64,000 nt of DNA, taken from assembly GCA_036495785.1 (NCBI GenBank), contig DASXMH010000087.1, positions 176 to 64,175 of the forward strand. Reading direction: 5' to 3'. Each line of letters begins with the position of its first letter. The first letter of the stretch is position 1. The DNA is from Solirubrobacterales bacterium (GTDB lineage: Bacteria > Actinomycetota > Thermoleophilia > Solirubrobacterales > 70-9). The position numbers and the translations under genes were made by a program. The notes beneath the pieces were generated by a model. It had not been told where the DNA came from, ran no database searches, and worked only from the letters and a program-made list of their open reading frames with translations. Shown piece after piece: positions 8,750 to 15,837 of this stretch.

Positions 8750-9022
8750 ATGACGCTACATCAACCCGAGAGCGAAGTCGGAGTCCGTAAGCTGCACGAT
8801 CGCCTCAGCGAGTACCTGGAGCGAGTGGAGGGGGGCGGCGAGATCGTCGTTACCCGGCGCGGTCGGCCCGTGGCTCGTCTAAGCGGAATCGGTGAGCGGC
8901 CGCTCGACGCTCTCGCGCGCCGTGGGTTGGTGAGGATGCCGCAGGGGGAGCGCTCGTCTCGCTCCGCGCAAGTGAAGGGCGCTGGTTCGGTCTCCGATCT
9001 CGTCTCCGAGCAGCGCGCCTGA
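8750..9022 (+). CDS. Phd/YefM-family type II antitoxin
   Basis: VGVRKLHDRLSEYLERVEGGGEIVVTRRGRPVARL is a typical Phd/YefM N-terminal fold. It lies immediately upstream of a PIN gene. Confidence 0.75.
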   Translation: MTLHQPESEVGVRKLHDRLSEYLERVEGGGEIVVTRRGRPVARLSGIGERPLDALARRGLVRMPQGERSSRSAQVKGAGSVSDLVSEQRA

Positions 9023-9453
9023 CCTTCTACTTCGACACCTCGGCACTGGTCAAGCTCGTTGTTGTCGAGGATGGATCCGAGTTGGCGGCCGAGCTCTGGA
9101 ATAGCGCCCATCCAGCGGCGTCGAGCATCCTTGTCTATCCCGAGGGCCGAGCGGCCCTCGGGGCTGCCCGTCGACTGGATCGGCTCGGGGCGGATGAGCA
9201 CCGCAAGGCACTTGCAGACTTTGAGGAGCTGTATGCGGAGCTGGCTACGGTCGGCGTCGATCAGGAGCTTGCGATTCGGGCTGGCGAGTACGCCGAAGAT
9301 CTAAGCCTCCGCGGCTATGACTCGGTCCACTTGGCGACCGCGCTCGAACTAGGGGATGACGAAGTCGTCCTGGTGACCTGGGACCGAGATCTCGCGCGGG
9401 CGGCGGAAGAAGTTGGCTTGGGTGTCGCCGGCTCCGACGGCGACCCGAATTAG
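9019..9453 (+). CDS. vapC: PIN-domain VapC toxin; start inferred at CTG 9019 overlapping the antitoxin stop (no canonical start lies upstream of the catalytic Asp)
   Basis: The frame is open from 8896. It encodes ...TFYFDTSALVKLVV... (PIN motif 1 Asp at 9034-9036) and ...GYDSVHLATA... The first ATG/GTG/TTG in frame is TTG 9082, which would delete the YFDTS motif. Confidence 0.65.
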   Translation: MTFYFDTSALVKLVVVEDGSELAAELWNSAHPAASSILVYPEGRAALGAARRLDRLGADEHRKALADFEELYAELATVGVDQELAIRAGEYAEDLSLRGYDSVHLATALELGDDEVVLVTWDRDLARAAEEVGLGVAGSDGDPN

Positions 9454-9537
9454 TGGTTTCGCGCTCCCTCTATAGGTCGACAAGTCACAAGTGCGGAAGC
9501 CTTGCGTGGGCCGTGAAAGAGCGCAATTTGCGGCGAC

Positions 9538-9558
9538 GTTGGCCACCAATTGGCCACC
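9538..9558 (+). repeat. tandem (G/A)TTGGCCACC x2 (arm-type-site candidate, right end of the 2 kb remnant)
   Basis: The sequence is gttggccacc a attggccacc, about 73 bp to the left of the internal core copy and in the same orientation as 7722..7743. Confidence 0.7.
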
Positions 9559-9628
9559 GGACACACGGTGCGATGACGTCGCCGACGAACGCCTGAACGA
9601 AGAAACCCCCGATTTCCGGGGGTTTCTG

Positions 9629-9651
9629 ATGCGGCTGAATGGAGTCGAACC
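9629..9651 (-). repeat. internal 23-nt copy of the tRNA-Leu 3' end (att core), fused to unrelated class-II-tRNA-like sequence; not a functional tRNA
   Basis: atgcggctgaatggagtcgaacc is identical to 7585..7607 and 22587..22609. It is preceded by the hairpin gaaaccccc/gggggtttc (9602..9626). The downstream sequence gives a mismatched T-stem, and there is no 5' acceptor strand. Confidence 0.75.
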
Positions 9652-9735
9652 CCAACGACCAAGGCCGCTCCGCTCTCTAGAGCGGATTCCGTGTCCCCCG
9701 AAGTCCCCAGGGGACCCCATGTGTCCCTGGGTGTC

Positions 9736-9754
9736 GGGGGGAATTTGGGGGGAA
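9736..9754 (+). repeat. tandem GGGGGGAA x2, 11-bp period (arm-type-site candidate, left end of the 13 kb element)
   Basis: The sequence is ggggggaa ttt ggggggaa, about 84 bp to the right of the internal core. Its partner is at 22508..22525. Confidence 0.7.
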
Positions 9755-9853
9755 GAAGCTGGTTGCGTCGGTTCCCGTCACCGAGGCAGTTCGATGCGGA
9801 CAACGTAGCCGAGGCCGCTTCTAGGGTCACGGACCGTGAATCCCTTTCCTTCG

Positions 9854-10069
9854 ATGAAGGCGAAGCGGCTCCTGGCGGTGCTGGAAAGGCAGCCGCTCAA
9901 TTACGAGGTCGTTCGACGTTCCGGCTCGCATCGCCGGATGGAGTCGCCGGGCCACCCGCCGCTGACCTTCGCCTTTCACGACAAAGCGACGGTCCCGGCA
10001 GGCCTCGTGCGCAAGATCCTCGTCAGGGACGTTGGACTTGATGAGGAAGATGCGCGGAAGCTACTCTGA
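9854..10069 (+). CDS. hicA: HicA-family toxin (mRNA interferase)
   Basis: MKAKRLLAVLERQPLNYEVVRRSGSHRRM... shows the YcfA/HicA pattern (K..L...L......GSH). An alternative GTG start is at 9836. Confidence 0.7.
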   Translation: MKAKRLLAVLERQPLNYEVVRRSGSHRRMESPGHPPLTFAFHDKATVPAGLVRKILVRDVGLDEEDARKLL

Positions 10070-10082
10070 CGTGGAGGATCGA

Positions 10083-10283
10083 ATGGAAACCGTGCGCGTC
10101 ATCTATCACCACGAAGGGGACGGCTGGTGGGCCGAGTCTCCCGATGTCGAGGGCTGGTCCGCCGCTGGCGGCACCTACGCCGAGGTCGCCAAGCTCGCCG
10201 AGGAGGGCATCCCGTTTGCCCTCGGGCGCGACGACGCTGTCCTGGAGCATTTCGTTCCTGTTGGCGAGCGGGTCGCCGCCTAG
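10083..10283 (+). CDS. hicB: HicB-family antitoxin
   Basis: METVRVIYHHEGDGWWAESPDVEGWSAAGGTYAEVAKLAEEGI is HicB/UPF0150-like. It starts 13 nt after the hicA stop. Confidence 0.65.
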   Translation: METVRVIYHHEGDGWWAESPDVEGWSAAGGTYAEVAKLAEEGIPFALGRDDAVLEHFVPVGERVAA

Positions 10284-10403
10284 TCGGGATGACAGCGCCA
10301 TCACGCCGGTGCTCGATCATCCAACGGAGCCCGAACCACTCTGGTCGGCTCGGCCCTCGACTTGGTAAGTAGGCGCCTAGGCGACTGTTAGCTTCGCCGA
10401 GCG

Positions 10404-11789
10404 ATGGACACCCAAGAGTATTGGCACGTCGCGATCAGTCCGTCCTCGCAGAAGCGCGAGGCAGGCGGCTCCGCGGCAATCGCATTAGACCGCGCTCGTG
10501 ACTGGATAGAGGAGCGCATTCTCGATCCACGTCGCCGAGGGGAACCGATCGCAATTGATGGGCAGACCTTCTCTTGGGAGCAGGTCGCAAGCATCAGAAT
10601 TTCGACCTCATCAGCTCCTTCGGAGCGACTTATCGCCCAGATTAAGCGAGAAGACCAAGATTCGGATTTTGTGTTTATTGGCGGTTCCGGTTATCGCGAG
10701 CAGGCGGTCTACGCTGCCAGTGACAAGACCGACGATCTCATATCGGGGCCTCCCGGAAGCCTTTCTTCAGATGGCGACGATTTACCTGGCGCCAAGGTCG
10801 ATCCGCGCGCTGTGATGGTCGTGCATGGTCGAGACGAGGCAGCGAGAAGGGCCTGCTTCGACTTCCTCCGTGCCATCGGATTGAGACCCCTTGAGTGGGG
10901 CGCGCTTGTCTCAGGCACCGGGAAGGCCGCGCCTTATGTGGGCGAGGTGCTCGATCATGCCTTTAGCGTCGCGGCAGCCGTCCTCGTTCTTTTTACGCCC
11001 GATGACGAAGGCCGGCTCCGTGATCCGTTCCACCACGACGACGATCCGTCGCACGAGACGCACCTGACTCCTCAACCACGGCCAAATGTTCTCTTCGAGG
11101 CAGGCATGGCGCTTGGAGTGCATCCCAACCGGACCGTCCTGGTAGAGCATGGGTCAATCCGCCCGTTTAGCGATGTCTACGGCCGGCACGTAGTCCGGGT
11201 AAATGGAACGGACGGACCGTTACGGGATATTGCGAGACGGTTGAAGCAGGCCGGTTGTGCGGTCGATCTCTCCGGGGATGATTGGGCATCGCCGGATCGG
11301 TTCCCGGCCGTTGAAAAGATCGCGCCAACCGCAAGCTCTCCGAAAGCGCTGACCGATTTGGCGGTCTCCAGTCGAGTCGCCGACCTGAATGAGGACACTC
11401 GACGCTGGCTTCAAGACCGAGATCGCGAATTCGAGGCCGAGTCACGCGCCCGTACGGTGGAATTGAGTTCGAACGGGCTGCTCTATAGCGGCGCGCGGTT
11501 GAACGCGGTAGTAATTCTGCGACAGCAGGCGCTTCAGCAGTATCGGGATGAGATCAGCGGTAAGCGCCGGCTCTATCGGGAAATCTGGGAGCAGCTACCG
11601 GACGGCGTCGAAATCCCTCGGTTTGAATTGAGCGATGCCGATCGAGCGATCTTGGGTAAATGGCGCGGACGGGTCGAGGTGGACGGCGTCGGTGAGGCCG
11701 AAGTTGACGACCCGACCGATGCCTCGCGCGAGCCCGACCTTCGACGCTTTGAGATAGAGGGCGACGGGCCAAAGGTAGATCCCGCGTAA
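10404..11789 (+). CDS. TIR-like nucleotide-binding domain protein (Cap12/PycTIR-type, PF10137-like) with unrecognised N- and C-terminal domains
   Basis: The central region reads AVMVVHGRDEAARRACFDFLRAIGLRPLEW...AAVLVLFTPDDEG...PRPNVLFEAGMALG...RTVLV. This follows the family pattern (VF.VHG.D, .TPDD.G, RQNV.FE.G), with the Glu codon at 11097-11099. Confidence 0.7.
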   Translation: MDTQEYWHVAISPSSQKREAGGSAAIALDRARDWIEERILDPRRRGEPIAIDGQTFSWEQVASIRISTSSAPSERLIAQIKREDQDSDFVFIGGSGYREQAVYAASDKTDDLISGPPGSLSSDGDDLPGAKVDPRAVMVVHGRDEAARRACFDFLRAIGLRPLEWGALVSGTGKAAPYVGEVLDHAFSVAAAVLVLFTPDDEGRLRDPFHHDDDPSHETHLTPQPRPNVLFEAGMALGVHPNRTVLVEHGSIRPFSDVYGRHVVRVNGTDGPLRDIARRLKQAGCAVDLSGDDWASPDRFPAVEKIAPTASSPKALTDLAVSSRVADLNEDTRRWLQDRDREFEAESRARTVELSSNGLLYSGARLNAVVILRQQALQQYRDEISGKRRLYREIWEQLPDGVEIPRFELSDADRAILGKWRGRVEVDGVGEAEVDDPTDASREPDLRRFEIEGDGPKVDPA

Positions 11790-12075
11790 GGCGTATGGCC
11801 CGCCTCCGCGGCATCTTTCATTTTCGAGTCCGTGACCTGCTGGTGGCCAACGACCTTCTGGGTGGGAATACCGGGTCTCCGAAGATGGCCTCGACGTTGC
11901 AATCCGCCTTCCCTCACAGGCGTCAGCAAGCGCCACTACGAACCGCGACGAACAGCCGTCAGTCGAGGAGATCGAACGACTGTTTCCGGGATGGCTACCG
12001 GCCGAATTAATAGGCGTCGGAGCCGCCACGAGTCTCGCCCTCGGTTTTGGCCCCCACGATCCGGGCTTTTCAGCG

Positions 12076-12918
12076 GTGCGGCTGCTAAGGATCGAGGTCG
12101 ACTTCGACGGTGACATTCAGGCTGTCGACTACGTAGATCGGCCTCATGAGGGCCCCTTTGTTGACGATCCGGCCGAGATCATGCTTGAAGCGGCGCGGCA
12201 AAAGGGCGAAGGGGTCGTCAACGCATTTATTTCCCTAGTTCGCACCCAGGTCAGACAGTCTTGGTTGGGTCTGGAGGGCGAGCTGATCGAGGGGGTCGGG
12301 GCTGGAACCCTTATCGACCTCGACGCATTCACGTCGATACCGAGATCGATTTCGATAGGTCCGCCGAGTCTGGTGATCCAGAAAATCGGAGCGGACCAGG
12401 TCCTCGACTCTGCCGGCGCCGAAGAGCTGATCGCGAGAGTGCGCTCGGGACAAGGCCCCGATCTTGCCGAGTCCTTACTTCGCGACGCCCTCTTTGTTGC
12501 GCAACATTCGGAGCCAAGCGCCAGCTTGAGCGCTGTGCTGCTCGCGGCAACCGCGGTTGAGTTCAGGATTAAGGAAGTCCTGCGCCGCGCCGCCAATGGT
12601 TCGACTCTGGAGATGTTGGAACTCCTGCTGACGAACCCTCGCGACTGGTCCTTGGCGGCTGCGGCACTCTGGGACCGTCCCAGCGAGATAATCCTGGGAT
12701 CGTCGCTCCGGGACGCGGGCCATCAACTGTGGAAACGCCTGGAGAAACTGATCAAGCGAAGGAACGGACTGGCGCACAAAGGTCGGATTCCATCATCGGA
12801 CGAGATCACGGAAGACGTGAAGACGGCGGTCCGTCTCTTCAAATGGCTCGACCGAGTAGACGGCGCTGGCGGTCTGACGGATGCGGACGCAAAGACTGTC
12901 CCTAGCCCGGGCGAATAG
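12076..12918 (+). CDS. HEPN-motif protein (putative RNase) with unknown N-terminal domain; start uncertain
   Basis: The C-terminal helical region has KLIKRRNGLAHKG, an R-N-x3-H motif at 12760-12777. The frame stays open upstream to 11833 without a canonical start. Confidence 0.55.
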   Translation: MRLLRIEVDFDGDIQAVDYVDRPHEGPFVDDPAEIMLEAARQKGEGVVNAFISLVRTQVRQSWLGLEGELIEGVGAGTLIDLDAFTSIPRSISIGPPSLVIQKIGADQVLDSAGAEELIARVRSGQGPDLAESLLRDALFVAQHSEPSASLSAVLLAATAVEFRIKEVLRRAANGSTLEMLELLLTNPRDWSLAAAALWDRPSEIILGSSLRDAGHQLWKRLEKLIKRRNGLAHKGRIPSSDEITEDVKTAVRLFKWLDRVDGAGGLTDADAKTVPSPGE

Positions 12919-12927
12919 GCTGCCGCG

Positions 12928-13128
12928 ATGCCGACCCACCCCAAGGCCGCGCTCCGCGCATCCGTCCGCGCCGCCCAGGAGCGCTACGAGGCCGAAGCAG
13001 AGGCGGCGCGTCAGGTTCGGCGGGATGCCTTCGCGGAGGCACGCGAGAGCGGCCTGACCCTCAGGGAGATCGGCGAGGCGGTCGGCCTGCATCACACGCG
13101 GGTCGGGCAGATCATCCGCGGTGAGTAG
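12928..13128 (+). CDS. small HTH DNA-binding protein (sigma-70 region-4-like helix-turn-helix)
   Basis: 66 aa ending LTLREIGEAVGLHHTRVGQIIRGE. It starts 9 nt after the HEPN-motif gene. Confidence 0.6.
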   Translation: MPTHPKAALRASVRAAQERYEAEAEAARQVRRDAFAEARESGLTLREIGEAVGLHHTRVGQIIRGE

Positions 13129-13151
13129 TTTGGAGAGTTTTTCTCTCCAAA
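13129..13151 (+). terminator. hairpin terminator after the HTH gene
   Basis: The sequence is tttggagag ttttt ctctccaaa, a 9-bp perfect stem starting 1 nt after the stop codon. Confidence 0.55.
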
Positions 13152-13322
13152 CCTGCTAGCTTCCTGTCCTACAGACAAAGCGTGCCCCCGCGCTGCGTGA
13201 ACAGCCGGGGGCCGGCACGGAAAGGAACCTTCCATGCACCCGCAAGATAGTCCGGGAGCGAGACCCGCGCGGCCTCATCGCCGCAGACCGTTCCCCTCGT
13301 CCTGCGCGACGACCAGAGCAAA

Positions 13323-13895
13323 GTGCTGCGAGAGCTTTGCCTCTCCGCCCTCCACGGCCTCCTCGGCGACCTCGCTCGGGCACCTGAGCGGCTCCGCGAC
13401 CCCGCCGCGACTGCGCGCGAGGGCGAGGTCTTCCGCCGACTCCTTGAGGCCCTCGACAAGAAGGAGATCGAGGTACCCGACGAGGAGATGCGGGCACGAC
13501 TGGACCGCCTCTCGGACAACTACGACGAGACCGAGGACTACGAGGAGGTCAGCACCAACCACGACGCCCACCGGGCGATCCTGCGGGTGCTGACCCGTCC
13601 GGAGGAGCAGGACGGCGACGAGGACGACGAGATGGGGGCGCTCGGTTCCGGTCGGCTCGGCGGCGACGACGCCGACCGCCGTGGGGAGGTTCTCAACCTC
13701 CTGCTGGCCGAAGCACCCCACTGCCTCACCTTCCCTGACATCACCGTGGCGCTGGCGGGTCTCCAGGAAACGAACGGTCTGAAGGACGCGATCACGATCT
13801 TGATCGGTGAAGGGTTGGCACGTCGCCAGGGCGGGGTGATGGCGCCGACGAGGCCGGCACGCCAGATGGCAGAGCTCGGGTTCTCGATCGGCTGA
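13323..13895 (+). CDS. hypothetical acidic protein with a possible C-terminal winged-helix domain
   Basis: 190-aa ORF whose stop overlaps the next ATG (TGATG at 13893-13897). The frame is open upstream to 13251 with protein-like translation. Confidence 0.5.
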   Translation: MLRELCLSALHGLLGDLARAPERLRDPAATAREGEVFRRLLEALDKKEIEVPDEEMRARLDRLSDNYDETEDYEEVSTNHDAHRAILRVLTRPEEQDGDEDDEMGALGSGRLGGDDADRRGEVLNLLLAEAPHCLTFPDITVALAGLQETNGLKDAITILIGEGLARRQGGVMAPTRPARQMAELGFSIG

Positions 13896-14215
13896 TGATG
13901 GACGACTTCGACAGACGCGTGGCCCTGCAGCTTGGGCGGCGCATCAAGCGACGGCGGAACTTCCTCGACCTCTCGCAGGAGGCCCTCGCCGAACGCGCTG
14001 GCATCCACCGGACCCAGATCAGCCTCTACGAGCACGGATAGCGGATGCCGCTCACGTCCTCGCTGGTCAAGCTGGCGGCGGCGCTCGTCGTCTCCGTCGA
14101 CCAACTCGTCGCCGGGATCGAATGGAAGGTCGCGGGCCCTCCGCTCCGCGCTCTCGGCGAAGACGATCCGTGGGACCCGGGGAAGGAGGGCGGCGATGCC
14201 ACAAAAGAAGCGTGA
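13895..14215 (+). pseudogene. XRE-family HTH regulator interrupted by an in-frame TAG (14039-14041)
   Basis: The translation reads MMDDFDRRVALQLGRRIKRRRNFLDLSQEALAERAGIHRTQISLYEHG*RMPLTSSLVKLAAALVVSVDQLVAGIEW. The HTH fold continues straight through the stop. Confidence 0.6.
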
Positions 14216-14543
14216 CGTCGGCGTCGCCGAACGGTTCGGCCAGAACCTGCGTCGCGAGCGTAGAAGGGGAGGTCTCACCCAGGAGGAGCTTGCGCACCGC
14301 GCCAGCCTGCACCGGACCGAGGTGGGCAGGTTGGAGACCGGCGAACGCGTCCCACGGATCGACACCTTGATCAGGCTTGCCGACTCGGCGGCGACGACGC
14401 CCGAGGCACTCCTCGACGGCATCCAATGGGTTCCGGCACTCCCGGCACCCGAGGTTCTCGGCGCATTCAGCTTCTCAAGCTGGCCTCATCGAGTAAGCAG
14501 AGTCAGCAACGACGAAAGCAAGCAGGCCAGAGAAGACAACTAA
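14196..14543 (+). CDS. XRE-family HTH transcriptional regulator
   Basis: ATG 14196 lies behind ggaaggaggg. The translation reads FGQNLRRERRRGGLTQEELAHRASLHRTEVGRLETGERVPRIDTLIRLADSAATTPEALL. Confidence 0.75.
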   Translation: MPQKKRDVGVAERFGQNLRRERRRGGLTQEELAHRASLHRTEVGRLETGERVPRIDTLIRLADSAATTPEALLDGIQWVPALPAPEVLGAFSFSSWPHRVSRVSNDESKQAREDN

Positions 14544-14833
14544 TCCGAACCAAGCAGGGCAACCCAGGCAATGCCAGATCGATCGAGTAGAGCAGCAGAA
14601 CTCTACGAACGGCAAGTCAAGACAAAGCGATCAGGCCAGGCACCACAGCAACAACAGCAACCACCCTCACGCACTATCACCAAGGGTGTCGACGACGAAC
14701 TTCGCTGCGAGGTCCACACCGCCCGAACCCGAAGGCAATCGTCAGCGCCAAGAGAATGTTTGAAAGCCGCTGAAAGGCAGTAATAGGGAACGTCTATGTC
14801 CCTGCCGACCGGCTTCTGCGCGACAATGCAGAA

Positions 14834-15400
14834 GTGCGAAGGGCTTTGAACTTCTATATCGACTCGTTGGCGAATGAGACAAGTGCTCGGTTTGGCGCGC
14901 TCACGGGCGCGTGGTGGGTCATCTCCTCCGGCATCTCGACCAGCCTCGTCATGGGCGCGGAGGGGGGAGCGGGGACGCGCCCGGCCTTTTACGTGCTAGC
15001 TGCATCTCTTATGCCCGTGCTCTTGTTTACCTACCTCAATGAGCACATGGCGATGATGGCCTCGATCGTCAGAAGGAATAAGCAGCCGAAAGCCTTGATT
15101 GCGCGCGCTGACCAACTGACCGGTGCCGACGCCATCCCCGAGGACCTATTAGCTCCGGTTCGCGCGGCCGTTTTCGGGGCAGATCACCTGTTGAAAACCG
15201 GCTACGCAACGGCCGCTCGCGTGGCAGCGATGTTCACCGTGGCGGAGATCGTGGCACTCGCCGTCGTCGCCAACGGAGCGAGCAGCACTTTCTCCCTCTC
15301 GGCGGTCTGCGTTGGATTCGTCGCGACCGGGTTGGCGGCTGTCCAGTTCAAAGTGGCTCGGTTTCGCTGGCCACACGCGGAATTTGACAGCGCTCGATAG
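14834..15400 (+). CDS. hypothetical integral membrane protein (about 4 TM)
   Basis: 188 aa with hydrophobic segments (WWVISSGISTSLVMG, FYVLAASLMPVLLFTYL, VAAMFTVAEIVALAVVA, LSAVCVGFVATGLAAV). No recognisable motif. Confidence 0.5.
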   Translation: MRRALNFYIDSLANETSARFGALTGAWWVISSGISTSLVMGAEGGAGTRPAFYVLAASLMPVLLFTYLNEHMAMMASIVRRNKQPKALIARADQLTGADAIPEDLLAPVRAAVFGADHLLKTGYATAARVAAMFTVAEIVALAVVANGASSTFSLSAVCVGFVATGLAAVQFKVARFRWPHAEFDSAR

Positions 15401-15411
15401 GACTCCCTGGG

Positions 15412-15810
15412 ATGCCTGACGTGCCCAGCTTTTTCATTCCCGGGGCATCCGATTCGCAGGTTGCTTGGGACTGGTATCTCCAATCTGAAGGTCTGAAAGC
15501 TGAAGAGGCCCAGGCGCTATTTGAAATTGCCTACCTCCACGAGGGGGATCGCCATGAGGTGCGGGTAGGTGAGCCACGTCGTGTCTTCAGACGACAGACC
15601 GGACCGCGCGGCGGCTATCGATCCGATGCCTGCCACCGGCGTTGGTCCTCCGATACCGGCACTGTGGTCACCGCAATCATGCAGACCCCGACCGTAATCC
15701 TTGTCTGGAGTGCTCCGCCGTATGCGCCCTGGGGAAACCCGTCGATGGTCGGGTTGGGTGAGGTCGAGTTCGCGGTCCCATTTGTAAAAGAAGATTCCGC
15801 CAACTCGTAG
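15412..15810 (+). CDS. hypothetical protein
   Basis: 132-aa ORF starting 11 nt after the preceding gene. No recognisable motif. Confidence 0.45.
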   Translation: MPDVPSFFIPGASDSQVAWDWYLQSEGLKAEEAQALFEIAYLHEGDRHEVRVGEPRRVFRRQTGPRGGYRSDACHRRWSSDTGTVVTAIMQTPTVILVWSAPPYAPWGNPSMVGLGEVEFAVPFVKEDSANS

Positions 15811-15837
15811 CTTGCGGCGGATGCGCGGCACCGGGCA

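Noticed and set aside
9629-9720. Possible second tRNA gene (class II, with variable-arm-like hairpin ccgctc-taga-gagcgg) on the minus strand.
   Set aside because: Only the last ~22 nt match a tRNA 3' end. The T-stem would be mismatched (TGGGG vs CCATT), there is no canonical 7-nt anticodon loop, and no 5' acceptor strand (cagccgc) lies downstream. It is better explained as an att junction or remnant.
11795-12113. Small plus-strand ORFs 11795..12010 and 11832..12113 between the TIR-like and HEPN-motif genes.
   Set aside because: Their translations are Arg-rich and not protein-like. The third frame, continuous with the HEPN-motif gene, looks more like real coding sequence (reported as a finding instead).
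14571-14783. 70-aa ORF with a poly-Gln run in the A/C-rich spacer.
   Set aside because: It is low-complexity, has no obvious RBS, shows no recognisable motif, and its composition is atypical of the neighbouring genes. It is kept only as part of the non-coding-region finding.
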